DNA of 61,994 bases, taken from a virus. Lineage: Duplodnaviria > Caudoviricetes. The notes beneath the pieces are model-generated. The model had not been told where the DNA came from. It was given only the letters and a program-made list of their open reading frames with translations, and did no database searches. Positions 61,726 to 61,994 of this stretch are shown here, in pieces (the stretch's first letter is position 1; every line of letters begins with the position of its first letter). Both the position numbers and the translations under genes were made by a program. The stretch spans positions 1 to 61,994 of IMG/VR virus record IMGVR_UViG_3300016476_000949; one strand, 5' to 3'.

Positions 61726-61931
61726 TGGACACGATTGGCGAACAGCGCGTCCGTGTGGCGTTCAACCCTTCCGCGAGCGGCGTCGTTGATGAAATCAAGC
61801 AGGCCACTGCAAGGCTCATCAACCTCTGCGAGACGCTGAAGGAAATCGACGGGCGCTGCGCAGCCATTGCACAGACCCATTACGAGGACGCTGCCATGTG
61901 GGCAGTTAAAGCAGCTACGGCAGGTAAATGA
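61725..61931 (+). CDS. Acb2/Tad1-like helical hairpin protein
   Basis: GEQRVRVAFNPS...VDEIKQ...RCAAIAQTHYEDAAMWAVKAAT. Confidence 0.6.
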   Translation: MDTIGEQRVRVAFNPSASGVVDEIKQATARLINLCETLKEIDGRCAAIAQTHYEDAAMWAVKAATAGK

Positions 61932-61994
61932 TGGGCTACTTTGAAATCTCCTCCAAGCGCGATCAGGACGCGGTTCCGCTGTCGTCCCGCGTGA
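61928..61994 (+). CDS. 5' part of the junction-spanning gene (continues at base 1)
   Basis: ATGA overlap start MMGYFEISSKRDQDAVPLSSRV; base 61994 plus bases 1-2 form the next codon. Confidence 0.7.
   Translation, partial: MMGYFEISSKRDQDAVPLSSRV

Noticed and set aside
1-61994. Very frequent GTCGAC/TCGA words
   Set aside because: Explained by GTC-GAC/GAG codon preference in GC-rich alphaproteobacterial-type genes; not quantified

Overview
The window looks like an entire ~62-kb, GC-rich, tailed dsDNA phage genome, opened at an arbitrary point: one ORF reads in frame across the end/start junction. The architecture is podovirus-like: no tape measure or tail tube module was recognised, but there are large internal/ejection proteins. 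The host is most likely an alphaproteobacterium, since the phage carries its own GcrA and GapR homologues. Modules: packaging and head (TerS, TerL with two inteins, portal, a 1325-aa polyvalent protein, GroES-like chaperonin, scaffold, major capsid, 39.4-58 kb); tail, fibres, lysis and ejection proteins (58 kb across the junction to 19 kb); DNA metabolism and replication (GcrA, SSB-like, exonuclease, MTase, RuvC, dCMP deaminase, DUF550, primase-helicase, UvrD-like helicase, 19-38 kb). Three free-standing homing endonucleases are present. No integrase, replicative DNA polymerase, tRNA or CRISPR array was recognised. Most notable observations: (1) about 19 copies of an x-[AK]-x-G-G motif delimit modules in five predicted internal virion proteins, alongside a free-standing candidate partner domain; (2) an unannotated promoter-driven small RNA has two anti-Shine-Dalgarno loops, one exactly complementary to the phage gcrA RBS; (3) RBS-occluding pseudoknots; (4) a Pro1 intein in the TerL Walker A motif; (5) an HNH insertion that supplies a recoded ruvC 5' end; (6) repeated promoter-operator-hairpin-RBS cassettes; (7) Tad2-like and Acb2/Tad1-like anti-defence candidates. 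All family assignments come from motif recognition by eye, not from database searches.
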